A stretch of 64,000 nt of DNA from an uncultured Chloroflexia bacterium (GTDB lineage Bacteria > Chloroflexota > Anaerolineae > Anaerolineales > UBA4823). Below, one piece after another: positions 1 to 11,016 of this stretch. The stretch spans positions 286,938-350,937 of the forward strand of contig CAVQOI010000001.1 of assembly GCA_963714425.1 (NCBI GenBank), read 5' to 3'. The stretch's first letter is position 1. The number at the start of each line of letters is the position of its first letter. The notes below the pieces were generated by a model that saw only the letters and a list, made by a program, of their open reading frames with translations, was not told the origin of the DNA and did no database searches. Both the position numbers and the translations under genes were made by a program.

Positions 1-101
1 GCCATCCTGATGCGCCCCTGGACGAATAGCCCGGGGGTGTATTTATTTCAGAAGTGCCCGCACCAAAAGTAGCCAAGTTATCTATTTTCGGAGAAATCAA
101 T

Positions 102-1874
102 ATGAGAATGTCACAACTCTTCAGCCAAACGTTGCGCGAAGCGCCAGCGGATGCCGAAATCCCTAGTCACCGACTATTAGTGCGGGCAGGTTTTATTCGC
201 CAGCTAGCTGCCGGAATTTTCAGTTACCTGCCGCTGGCACGGCGGGCATTGACCCGCATCGAGAATATTATGCGGGAGGAGATTGATGCCATCGGAGGCC
301 AAGAGGTGACCATGCCGGTGGTGCATCCTGCGGAGATCTGGCAGGAGACCGAGCGCTGGTATCAGATCGGTCCTGAGATGGGGCGTCTCAAGGATAAGAA
401 CAACCGCGATATGGTGCTCGCCATGACCCATGAGGAGGTGGTGGCCGACCTGGTGCGAAAGGAGGTCCAGTCATACCGCCAGCTACCGCGCCTGATCTAC
501 CATATCCAGACGAAGTGGCGCGATGACCCACGCCCACGCGCGGGATTGATACGCGTGCGAGAATTCACCATGAAGGACAGCTACAGCCTGGATGCGGATT
601 GGGATGGGCTGGATCGCCAGTATCGCGCTCATTACCAGGCATACTTCAATATCTTCCACCGTTGTGGAGTGCCAGTGATCGCGGTTAAATCCGATGTTGG
701 CATGATGGGTGGTAAGCTGGCACACGAATATATGTACCTAACGCCGATTGGCGAGGATACACTATTAATTTGTGATGCATGTGGTTATGCTGCCAACCGG
801 CAGATTGCTCGCTTTAAAAAGGCTTCGGCAGCGAGCGAAGCGTTATCGCCCTTGGAAAAAGTGGCTACACCACAGGCAACCACCATCGCCGACCTGGCGG
901 ATTTTCTGAAAATACCTAAGGCAAAGACTGCGAAAGCTGTCTTCCAGATTGCAGCCATCCCACAGGGGAAGGAGATCGTAGAGCGATTTGTTTTCGCAGT
1001 CGTGCGTGGCGACATGGAAGTCAACGAGACCAAACTCGCCAATGCGCTGGGCGCCCAATCGTTGCGCCCGGCTATAGAGGCGGAGATCGTTGCAGTGGGT
1101 GCGGTTCCAGGATATGCATCTCCGGTTGGGCTGAAAAATGCCCTGGTGGTGGTAGACGATGCCATCCCGGATTCACCCAACCTGGTGGCTGGTGCGAATG
1201 AAGATGGCTTTCACCTTCTGAATGTGAACTATGGGCGTGATTACAAAGCTGACATGGTCACCGACATCGTTGCTGCCCAAGAAGGCGACGCCTGTCCAAA
1301 CTGCGGGGGAGTCTTGCGGAGCGTTCGGGGCGTGGAAGTGGGGAACATCTTCAAGCTGGGTACCCGATATAGCAATTCAATGGGCTGCAAGTTTCTTGAT
1401 AAAGATGGCGCAGAAAAATCTGTGATTATGGGATCGTATGGCATTGGCAGTGGGCGCCTGCTGGCGTGCGTCGCCGAGGAGTATCATGATGATCATGGCT
1501 TGATTTGGCCAATTAGCGTAGCTCCGTACGAGGTTCACCAGGTAGTACTCGGCGGGAAAGACGGATCGGATGTACAACAGGCTGCTGAAAATCTATACCA
1601 GGAGCTGTGCGATAATGGTATTGAAGTGCTCTATGATGACCGGGAGGAAAGCCCTGGTGTTAAATTCAACGATGCAGATTTGATCGGGCTTCCTATCCGC
1701 CTCACGGTGAGCAGCCGTGCTCTCGGGGAGGGCGGCGTGGAATTCAAGCGACGCGATCAAGGTGAGAAGGTCATAGTACCGCGTTCAAAAATTATCGCCC
1801 ATGTTCAGGCGGAGATTGAGCAATTGAAAGCAGCTATCCAGGCCATGATTGTGCCTATGACCTACGAGGAGTAA
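102..1874 (+). CDS. proS: proline--tRNA ligase, bacterial type with editing insertion
   Basis: ORF 54..1874. The conserved ProRS N-terminus MRMSQLFSQTLREAP begins at ATG 102. Class II aaRS core, and the ~590 aa length is typical of INS-containing bacterial ProRS. Confidence 0.93.
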   Translation: MRMSQLFSQTLREAPADAEIPSHRLLVRAGFIRQLAAGIFSYLPLARRALTRIENIMREEIDAIGGQEVTMPVVHPAEIWQETERWYQIGPEMGRLKDKNNRDMVLAMTHEEVVADLVRKEVQSYRQLPRLIYHIQTKWRDDPRPRAGLIRVREFTMKDSYSLDADWDGLDRQYRAHYQAYFNIFHRCGVPVIAVKSDVGMMGGKLAHEYMYLTPIGEDTLLICDACGYAANRQIARFKKASAASEALSPLEKVATPQATTIADLADFLKIPKAKTAKAVFQIAAIPQGKEIVERFVFAVVRGDMEVNETKLANALGAQSLRPAIEAEIVAVGAVPGYASPVGLKNALVVVDDAIPDSPNLVAGANEDGFHLLNVNYGRDYKADMVTDIVAAQEGDACPNCGGVLRSVRGVEVGNIFKLGTRYSNSMGCKFLDKDGAEKSVIMGSYGIGSGRLLACVAEEYHDDHGLIWPISVAPYEVHQVVLGGKDGSDVQQAAENLYQELCDNGIEVLYDDREESPGVKFNDADLIGLPIRLTVSSRALGEGGVEFKRRDQGEKVIVPRSKIIAHVQAEIEQLKAAIQAMIVPMTYEE

Positions 1875-1892
1875 TATCTCGTAAAATGGTTG

Positions 1893-1926
1893 AGCCCTGG
1901 CAGGTGGTTGCATCCCTGCCAGGGCT
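1893..1926. terminator. bidirectional stem-loop between convergent proS and SCP2 genes
   Basis: AGCCCTGGCAGG (1893-1904) pairs perfectly with CCTGCCAGGGCT (1915-1926) and is followed by TTT. It lies between the stop codons at 1872-1874 and 1932-1934. Confidence 0.7.
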
Positions 1927-1931
1927 TTAGG

Positions 1932-2267
1932 TTAATTCCCACTCATTTTAAAGAATGTGGTCAGTTTCATCGCCAGATTCAGGTCGCCAGCCAGGCGAAG
2001 CTTGCCCTGCATGAAATATTGCATGCCGTTGGCTTTGCCAGTGAGCACGTCTTTGAAATCCTGAGCATCTGCCGTGAGGGTCATCTTAGGATTCTCAGCC
2101 GATCCCTCCGCGACGGTGCATTTCCCCTCCCGGATATCGACGATCCAATCTCCGCCCTGTTCGCCGGTTAGGTGGTATTGGATAACAGCCTCTACCCCTT
2201 CAGCTGCTTCGGGCTTAAACGCGCGCTCGTGATTGCGGACAAGTTGTGGAACAGTGATATCAGACAT
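1932..2267 (-). CDS. SCP2 (sterol/lipid carrier) domain protein
   Basis: ORF 1932..2363. ATG 2267 is preceded by a GAGAGGA SD. The MSDITVPQLV...QYHLTGEQGGDWIVDIREGKCTV...FMQGKLRLAGDLNLAMKL pattern is typical of SCP2 domains. Confidence 0.8.
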   Translation of the reverse strand: MSDITVPQLVRNHERAFKPEAAEGVEAVIQYHLTGEQGGDWIVDIREGKCTVAEGSAENPKMTLTADAQDFKDVLTGKANGMQYFMQGKLRLAGDLNLAMKLTTFFKMSGN

Positions 2268-2283
2268 GGAATTCCTCTCATAA

Positions 2284-3491
2284 TCAAGACGAGATATTTT
2301 CGAAGATGCCCGCAGCGCCCATGCCGCCACCAATGCACATGGAGACCATGCCGAATTGCACATCGCGGTGCTTCATTTCATAGATAAGCTGCGTGGTCAG
2401 CTTGGCGCCTGTGCAGCCCAGCGGGTGACCGAGGGCAATTGCGCCACCATTTACATTGGTAAGCTCTTCATCCAACCCGACTTCACGAACTACAGCGAGC
2501 GACTGCGCTGCAAAAGCTTCGTTCAGCTCGATGAGCTTAATGTCTTTCAGGGATAAACCTGCCAGCTTGAGCGCCTTAGGAATAGCAACCACCGGCCCGA
2601 TCCCCATGATCTCCGGGGGTACTCCTCCCACAGCAAAAGCCACGAAGCGTACCAGCGGCTTGAGCCCCAGCGCCTCGGCTTTAGCGCGGGACATGATGAT
2701 GACCGCCGCCGCCCCATCCGACATTTGCGAGGAGTTGCCCGCAGTGATGCTGCCGCCCTCCTTGAAGACTGGTTTTAACCTCGCCAAGGCTTCATAATTG
2801 GTGTCGGCACACGGTCCCTCATCACGAGAAAATGTAAAAGTATGCCGAGTGGGTTTTCCATTTCCGCTTGGCTCTACGAGCTCCACCTCAATCGGGGTAA
2901 TCTGCTCATCAAATCGACCGCTTTCCACGGCGGCTGAAGCGCGTTGGTGGCTGCGCAGCGAGAATGCGTCCTGATCATTCCGGCTGACCCCGTATTTTGA
3001 GGCCACGTTTTCAGCAGTCAGCCCCATATTCGTGAAGGATTGAGGGGCAAACTCAGCCAGGTAAGGGGAAGGGGAGAATTTAAACCCCGTCATAGGCACC
3101 ATGCTCATCGATTCGACCCCTCCTGCGATGGCACACTCCATCTGCCCGGCCATAATCGCGAATGCAGCATGAGCTATCGCTTGCACCCCGGAAGAGCAGA
3201 AGCGGTTGATCGTCTCGGCTGGGACAGAATCCGGTAAACCGGCGCGCAGCCCAACCAGTCGAGCCATATTCAAGCCCTGTTCACCTTCTGGGAAGGCGCA
3301 GCCAAGGATGAGATCGTCGATCTCAGCCGGGTCAACCGCGGGGCGCGGCTTAAGACTTCGCGGATGACTGCAGATGCCAGCTCGTCCGGTCGCACGGTAG
3401 CGAGACTGCCCTTTTTGGCTTTTCCAACCGCTGTACGTGTCGCGGCGACGATGACAGCTTGTTTGGATGATCCATTACTATTCAACATCAT
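2284..3491 (-). pseudogene. acetyl-CoA C-acyltransferase (thiolase) with one reading-frame break near 3335-3345
   Basis: ORFs 3270..3524 and 2284..3273 together make one full-length thiolase. The N-part reads [42 protein letters not shown]. It continues in another frame as [27 protein letters not shown]...NRFCSSG...GHPLGCTGA...CIGGGMG. The 1208-nt span is not a multiple of 3. SD AGGAGA lies 7 nt before ATG 3491. Confidence 0.8.
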
Positions 3492-3507
3492 CTTCTCATC
3501 TCCTGAT

Positions 3508-3540
3508 GGGACACGGAATAACACGGAAAAACACGGAAAT
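3508..3540. repeat. left inverted-repeat arm: three tandem 10-bp units ACACGGAATA/ACACGGAAAA/ACACGGAAAT
   Basis: Read directly at 3511-3540, preceded by GGG. The reverse complement of 4051-4082 aligns with 27 matches over 32 columns. Confidence 0.85.
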
Positions 3541-3593
3541 TGTTGATATTCCTTGTCTGCCCGAGAGCTCCGTTCCTTTAAGTTTAAATAATC

Positions 3594-4001
3594 CTATTGT
3601 TGTGTCCAATTCAGCGTCCCTTTGCGATCATTGTCGTACACTTTCCGAATAAAATGTGGCTTGGGTCCAAAATTGAGCAAGAGACCAACTTCGATGTGCG
3701 TAGCTTTCAAGTAGTTTAATAATTGGGCTTCGTGTTCTGGCGAGAGATGCCTGGTAGCTTTTAATTCCAGCATGACTAGATCATTCACCAAAAGGTCAGT
3801 AAAGTACTCACCTACAAGATTCTCCTCGTAATACACAAGGATAGGCTTCTGCTGGTCAACAGTTAATCCCGATTTCCTGAGTACGATTGCGAGCGTATTT
3901 TCATAGACCTTTTCGGTGAACCCATAGCCCAGCTGGTTGTATACCTGGAAGACCGCAGCAATGATCTTTTCGGTTAATTCGCTGTGTTTGCCGTCGAACA
4001 T
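3594..4001 (-). CDS. GxxExxY family protein (PD-(D/E)XK nuclease-like fold)
   Basis: 135-aa ORF. It has the motif GFTEKVY (G-x-x-E-x-x-Y) and a D...ELK core (DLLVNDLVMLELKA). Length and pattern match the GxxExxY / PDDEXK_3 type. Confidence 0.8.
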   Translation of the reverse strand: MFDGKHSELTEKIIAAVFQVYNQLGYGFTEKVYENTLAIVLRKSGLTVDQQKPILVYYEENLVGEYFTDLLVNDLVMLELKATRHLSPEHEAQLLNYLKATHIEVGLLLNFGPKPHFIRKVYDNDRKGTLNWTQQ

Positions 4002-4050
4002 ATCCTGCCGGGTCTCCTATGATCAAACTTAGCACATCAGAAGGATTGTA

Positions 4051-4082
4051 TATCCGTGTTTATCGGTGTTGTCCGTGTCCGA
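4051..4082. repeat. right inverted-repeat arm: TATCCGTGTT/TATCGGTGTT/GTCCGTGTCC
   Basis: Three tandem 10-bp units that are the reverse complement of the ACACGGA units at 3511-3540. The arm ends 1 nt before the fadN-like stop codon. Confidence 0.85.
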
Positions 4083-6503
<2,421 letters not shown>

Positions 6504-6576
6504 GGGACCTCCTCAAGAAACGAGAGTAGAGAATCGGAAAATGAGAGTAGTATCCTGGCGTAAAGGAATCAACGAT

Positions 6577-7446
6577 TTATACATTCGGTTCGATGATGAC
6601 AAAGTTATCAAAGAAGACTTCGAGGCCAGGTGTGCTGCCGGTCCTAACCACCAGCCCGACATCCCCTGATTCATAATCTTCGTCCTCCACCTCCACCAAA
6701 AATTGTCCGTTAGCAAAGAGCGTCAGCTGGTCGCCAATGCAGTCTGCCCGGATGCGGTTGGTTGCATCCCCACCGAGGATTGCTCCCGAAGGTGCGCTGC
6801 CTTGTGTGAGGAACTCAAATTCGCCATCCTGCACCTTACCAATGCCAGCCTCGCCAGCGCTGTTGATAAGCAGAAGATAGAAATTCTCCTCATCCACATG
6901 CCGGCAAACCAGCCCAAAATAGCCCTCCTCCGGGCCATCCAGGCGGGCGGCGTCCACTTCTAGGCGGATATCATCGTAGTCCTGCAGGCGCACGCTCCAG
7001 ACTGGAGCATTGCGGATATCTACTCGGATGACGTACCCATCCTCCTCGTAGCTCAAGCTGAAACGGTTGTTCTCTTCCGTGTACCAGCTCGATTTGCCCT
7101 CAAAATCTTCCTCGAAGATCACCCTCCCAGAGCTGGCAGTTGGCATTTGAGTGGCGGTGAGAGTAGGGGTCGCAGTGGGTGCAGGGGAAGGGGTGTCTGT
7201 AGGTACGAGGGTATCGGTGGGAAGCGCTGCCGGCAGCGTTGGTGTATCGCTTGGTAGAGCTGGCGCAGCCTGAGTCAAGCCTGCAACGATCGTCTCAGCA
7301 GCCTGGGTATATGCGGGGCCAGGATCGGAAGGCCGCGAAGAGATGCCCGGCAGGCTGCACCCAGCCAGGGTAATCGCGATGAGCAATTGGAGAGCTCCTG
7401 TGCGGGTGTGTCGTTTAGCTGATGCATTTATTTGCTTTCTCGTCAT
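6577..7446 (-). CDS. lipoprotein with Thr/Pro-rich linker and beta-sandwich-like C-terminal domain, function unknown
   Basis: ATG 7446 overlaps the upstream stop (ATGA). Lipobox LAGC after a hydrophobic h-region. Linker PTDTPSPAPTATPTLTAT. No catalytic motif recognised. Confidence 0.6.
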   Translation of the reverse strand: MTRKQINASAKRHTRTGALQLLIAITLAGCSLPGISSRPSDPGPAYTQAAETIVAGLTQAAPALPSDTPTLPAALPTDTLVPTDTPSPAPTATPTLTATQMPTASSGRVIFEEDFEGKSSWYTEENNRFSLSYEEDGYVIRVDIRNAPVWSVRLQDYDDIRLEVDAARLDGPEEGYFGLVCRHVDEENFYLLLINSAGEAGIGKVQDGEFEFLTQGSAPSGAILGGDATNRIRADCIGDQLTLFANGQFLVEVEDEDYESGDVGLVVRTGSTPGLEVFFDNFVIIEPNV

Positions 7447-8543
7447 TTCAACCACTCCGTAAAAAAATCTACCACACGTTGAATGAACAGCTGATTAGCC
7501 TCGCCCTGGAAGGTATGTGCCTGCCCCTGATAGATAAAACACTCTACACGCTTGCCCAAGTCCTCCAGCCGCTGGCAGGTGTCCTGCGACCAGGCAACAG
7601 GCACATCTGGATCTTGTTCCCCGTGGTGGATGCTCACGGCAGCCTGGACGCGATCCAAAGCATATACCGGAGAAATCCGCATCAGGACCTCATCGGGAGT
7701 GCTGAGCTCATCCAGACCGCGCTGGCGGTCGGAGAAATACTCGTAAATACGCTCGTAATTTAACCGCTCATCACCGCTCATTGCGCCATAAAGTACGGCT
7801 GCCCGCACATCCGGACTGACGGTAATCACTCGGGTGGTTATGCCACCGCCCATACTATGCCCCCACAAACCGATCGCATCTGGATTTGCATGCTCGAGTG
7901 GACCAGGTTGGCCTGCCTGTTGCTTGACCAGGGCGATCAGGTTGAGGACATCAATTGCCATTCCCACCCGAAAGCGATCGTCGCCATCATCGGAGGGGGC
8001 GTAGCCGCGCAGGTTTGGATGGATGACCAGAAAGCCATCCCGGGCAAGTGCGTCAGCGTAACCAGTGGTGTAGTCCAGTGTTGTGTAAATATCTGGATCG
8101 ATGTAGCCATGCAAAGCGATCACAACCGGCAGGGGCTCCGCGTTCTCTGGGTCTCGCCTTGGGGTATTCATGAAGCCATAGATGGTGAGGTCGTCGCTCG
8201 GATAGGCAATCAAGGTGCGCGTGAAGTAGCTGTTTTCCGCCAGCGTATCTTCAATACGCAACTCCCCGCCACCAAATTCCCGCCGGACCAGATGATCAAT
8301 CGTGTAAGGTTCAAAGGGGTCTGGAGTGGGCGAAATCGTGGGCGTTGAGGTTTGTGTGGGTACGAGCGTGTGGGTGATCGATGGGATGCTCGTCACACGC
8401 ACCTGCGGAGGAGCCAGCGTGGCAGGGAGAGTTACTGTGTCCTCAACCTGTATGGGTGTGGGCTGCGAACAGGCGACCATCAGGATGGCGAAGATGGAGC
8501 CAATAGCTATGTTAATGTGCTGAGTCCTTCTACCAGCCACCAT
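7443..8543 (-). CDS. alpha/beta hydrolase lipoprotein (S9 / dienelactone-hydrolase-like)
   Basis: N-terminal lipobox MVAC, a TP-rich linker, the nucleophile elbow GHSMGG, and a C-terminal HGEQD...H pattern. Confidence 0.75.
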   Translation of the reverse strand: MVAGRRTQHINIAIGSIFAILMVACSQPTPIQVEDTVTLPATLAPPQVRVTSIPSITHTLVPTQTSTPTISPTPDPFEPYTIDHLVRREFGGGELRIEDTLAENSYFTRTLIAYPSDDLTIYGFMNTPRRDPENAEPLPVVIALHGYIDPDIYTTLDYTTGYADALARDGFLVIHPNLRGYAPSDDGDDRFRVGMAIDVLNLIALVKQQAGQPGPLEHANPDAIGLWGHSMGGGITTRVITVSPDVRAAVLYGAMSGDERLNYERIYEYFSDRQRGLDELSTPDEVLMRISPVYALDRVQAAVSIHHGEQDPDVPVAWSQDTCQRLEDLGKRVECFIYQGQAHTFQGEANQLFIQRVVDFFTEWLK

Positions 8544-8597
8544 AATAATAATCCTCGTAGTTAGTTACCAGTAATATCCGTAATCGTGTGCTCAAGA

Positions 8598-9848
8598 TTA
8601 GCGGAGCTCGCGACCGCCATATCCCAACACGTTGCGGGCTACGATCAACCGGTTAATTTGGCCAGTACCCTCGTAAATATCGGTGATCTTGGCATCTCGG
8701 AACCACTTTTCAAGTAGAGAGTCGCGGCTGTAACCCAAGGGCCCCATAATCTCCACAGCTCTCTGGGTGATCTTGGTGACGACATCGCCTGCGCGCAGCT
8801 TGCTCATTGACGCTTCCAGGGGGTTGTGCTTGCGGTTGTCTGCCATCCAGACGGCTTTGATCACCAGCAGCCAGGCAGAGCGCAGCATCACTTCCATGTC
8901 GATCACATCTCGCTCGATGCTGCTGAGCTTCTGGCGGGGAAGACCGTAGCGGATGGTTACCCCTTGTTGGGCGAGCATCTCTTTGAGCAGCTCTAAGGTA
9001 GCGCGAGCTACGCCAATGCCGGTCGCTGCGACCAGGGGACGGGTGGCATCGAAGGTCGCCATGGCGCCCTTGAATCCCTCGGTGGAGACCGCCTCTACCT
9101 CCGGGCTGCCAAGGATATTCTCAAACGGCACCCGGCAATCCTGCAGAACGATCGCGGCAGTATCGCTGGCGCGGATGCCCAACTTGTGCTCCAGCTTGGT
9201 CACCTGGACCCCAGGTGCGTTTGACTCAACCACAAAGGAGCGCATGCCCGCACGACCGGCTTGAGGATCGATGGTTGCCCAGACAACCACGAACCCGTTG
9301 CTCTCACACAGTGATTTGTGCCCGGCGGTGACGAATATCTTCTCGCCATTGATCACCCATTCATTCGTCGCACGGTCGAGGACGGCTGTGGCTCTAATAG
9401 CAGATGTGTCTGAGCCAGCTTGGGGCTCGGTCATTGCCATGGCGGCAAAGGTGGGTTTCTCCTCTTTGAAGCGCGCCAGGAATTTCTGCTTTTGTTCTGG
9501 TGTGCCGGCTGCTTCTACTGCGGCGGCGCCCAGCCCACCTCCGGGAGTTACCAAATACATGCCCACATCGCCCCAGGAAAGGATCTCGAGCATGAATGCC
9601 AGAGACTGGTAGCCAATTGGTGGGCGGTCTTTCCTGGGCTCATCCCCGTTCTTCTTGCTCTCACGTGGCGCAAGCGAGCCCGCGCCGGTGGCACGCATCG
9701 CCAGATGCATAAAGTTGATGTAATCCCAAGGGATCTCATGTTCGTGCTCGTCGAAATAGCGCGAGACGGGGCGCATCATGTTCTCGGCGACGGTCTTTAG
9801 CGCTACGTTTGATTGCGCGATGGGTTTCGGGGCTTCAAAATCGATCAT
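8598..9848 (-). CDS. acyl-CoA dehydrogenase, catalytic-type subunit
   Basis: ORF 8598..9968. ATG 9848 is preceded by AAGGAGG. It has TEPQAGSD and the C-terminal DIYEGTGQINRL with the catalytic-base Glu (about 8670-8672). Confidence 0.88.
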   Translation of the reverse strand: MIDFEAPKPIAQSNVALKTVAENMMRPVSRYFDEHEHEIPWDYINFMHLAMRATGAGSLAPRESKKNGDEPRKDRPPIGYQSLAFMLEILSWGDVGMYLVTPGGGLGAAAVEAAGTPEQKQKFLARFKEEKPTFAAMAMTEPQAGSDTSAIRATAVLDRATNEWVINGEKIFVTAGHKSLCESNGFVVVWATIDPQAGRAGMRSFVVESNAPGVQVTKLEHKLGIRASDTAAIVLQDCRVPFENILGSPEVEAVSTEGFKGAMATFDATRPLVAATGIGVARATLELLKEMLAQQGVTIRYGLPRQKLSSIERDVIDMEVMLRSAWLLVIKAVWMADNRKHNPLEASMSKLRAGDVVTKITQRAVEIMGPLGYSRDSLLEKWFRDAKITDIYEGTGQINRLIVARNVLGYGGRELR

Positions 9849-9858
9849 TGGGTCCTCC

Positions 9859-10953
9859 TTATACGATCGCCAGGCCGGTAAGCATGGCGATGCCGCGCCC
9901 GTTGCGCATCCACAGCTCGACCGGATGCTCGCGAATGTATCCATGCCCGCCCAGGATCTGCACGGCACGGTCGGTAACCGTCATTGCCATATCCACGGCG
10001 CCGGTGTGCGCCAGGTAAGCGTGCCGGGCAGCGTCTTCGTGGCTACCGTCCAGCATCCAGGCTGCTTCCCAGGTCAACAGGCGGATGGCTTCGACTTCAG
10101 TCGCCATTTCGGCGATCATGAAGGCAATTGCCTGCTTCTGCGCCACCTTGACGCCAAACACATCGCGATCCTTGGCGTAATCGCTGGCATATTCCAGGGC
10201 TGCTCGGGAGAGACCGACTGCCATGGCAGCCAGGGCGACTTGCGATGATGCTAGGATAGGCGCAAAATCGTGACCCTCGGGACCCCCCAGGCGGTTCTCG
10301 TGGGGGACATGCACGCCCCTGAGATTGAGCTTATACGTTGGTAAGGCTCGTATGCCCATTAATTTATCCCGCTCGCCAATCTCAAGACCCGGTGTATCGG
10401 TTGGGACGATAAATCCCTGGGTAGAGCCGTCCAGGCGGGCATAGACGATCATCTCCCGGGCATCTGCTGCGTAGGGAACGTATACCTTGTCACCGTTGAG
10501 CACATAGCTCCCGTTTTCGGAGGTCGCGTTGCAGCGTAGATCGTTCGGGTCGAAGTCATAGTAAGGCTCGACCAGTGCAGCGGTATAAGCCCTCCATTCT
10601 GCTTCAATAACTTCCGGTATGTACTTCTGTTTCTGCGCTTCGCTGCCGCTGAGCAGAATAGGTGTTGCGAAAAGCCCCGGCGCCAGAACAGCCATCGCTC
10701 CTGCCAGGTCACCCCAGGCAATCGTCTCGGCTGCCAGCGCTCCAGTTACTGCGGATCGCTCGCCGAAGCCGCCATAGGATTCGGGAATTGAGGCTTGCAA
10801 GTAGCCCAGCTCCCAGCCTTTCTCGATGATGGCTGGTGGAAAATGATCCTGCTCGTCGGCGTCGTGCGCGTTCGCGCGCAGGTCAGCCGAAGCGAAGCGG
10901 CTCATGGCATCCACGAGCATTTTTTGTTCTTCAGTTGGCTCAAATGAGAACAT
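9859..10953 (-). CDS. acyl-CoA dehydrogenase family protein, degenerate (non-catalytic-type) subunit
   Basis: ATG 10953 is preceded by AAGGAG. It has the ACAD fold, but TEPxAGSD is replaced by VEPYYDFD and YEGT by MLTG (Leu at about 9880-9882 where the Glu base is expected). Confidence 0.8.
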   Translation of the reverse strand: MFSFEPTEEQKMLVDAMSRFASADLRANAHDADEQDHFPPAIIEKGWELGYLQASIPESYGGFGERSAVTGALAAETIAWGDLAGAMAVLAPGLFATPILLSGSEAQKQKYIPEVIEAEWRAYTAALVEPYYDFDPNDLRCNATSENGSYVLNGDKVYVPYAADAREMIVYARLDGSTQGFIVPTDTPGLEIGERDKLMGIRALPTYKLNLRGVHVPHENRLGGPEGHDFAPILASSQVALAAMAVGLSRAALEYASDYAKDRDVFGVKVAQKQAIAFMIAEMATEVEAIRLLTWEAAWMLDGSHEDAARHAYLAHTGAVDMAMTVTDRAVQILGGHGYIREHPVELWMRNGRGIAMLTGLAIV

Positions 10954-11016
10954 AGTCACACTCCTTATTGATCTCCTCACCCAGTCGGATGCTGAAATAT
11001 TTCAGACTACCCCTCC

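Larger units (their letters stand above)
3508..4082 (-). mobile_element. candidate IR-bounded cassette carrying the GxxExxY gene (mobility unproven)
   Basis: About 30-bp imperfect inverted repeats at both ends. The cassette exactly fills the gap between the fadN-like stop (4083-4085) and the thiolase SD/start (3491-3505). It is AT-richer than its flanks. Confidence 0.3.

Noticed and set aside
3511-3540. Tandem 10-bp repeats considered as a CRISPR or VNTR locus
   Set aside because: The units directly abut with no spacers, there are only three copies, and a mirrored array lies 510 bp away. This fits terminal inverted repeats or a binding array, not a CRISPR array.
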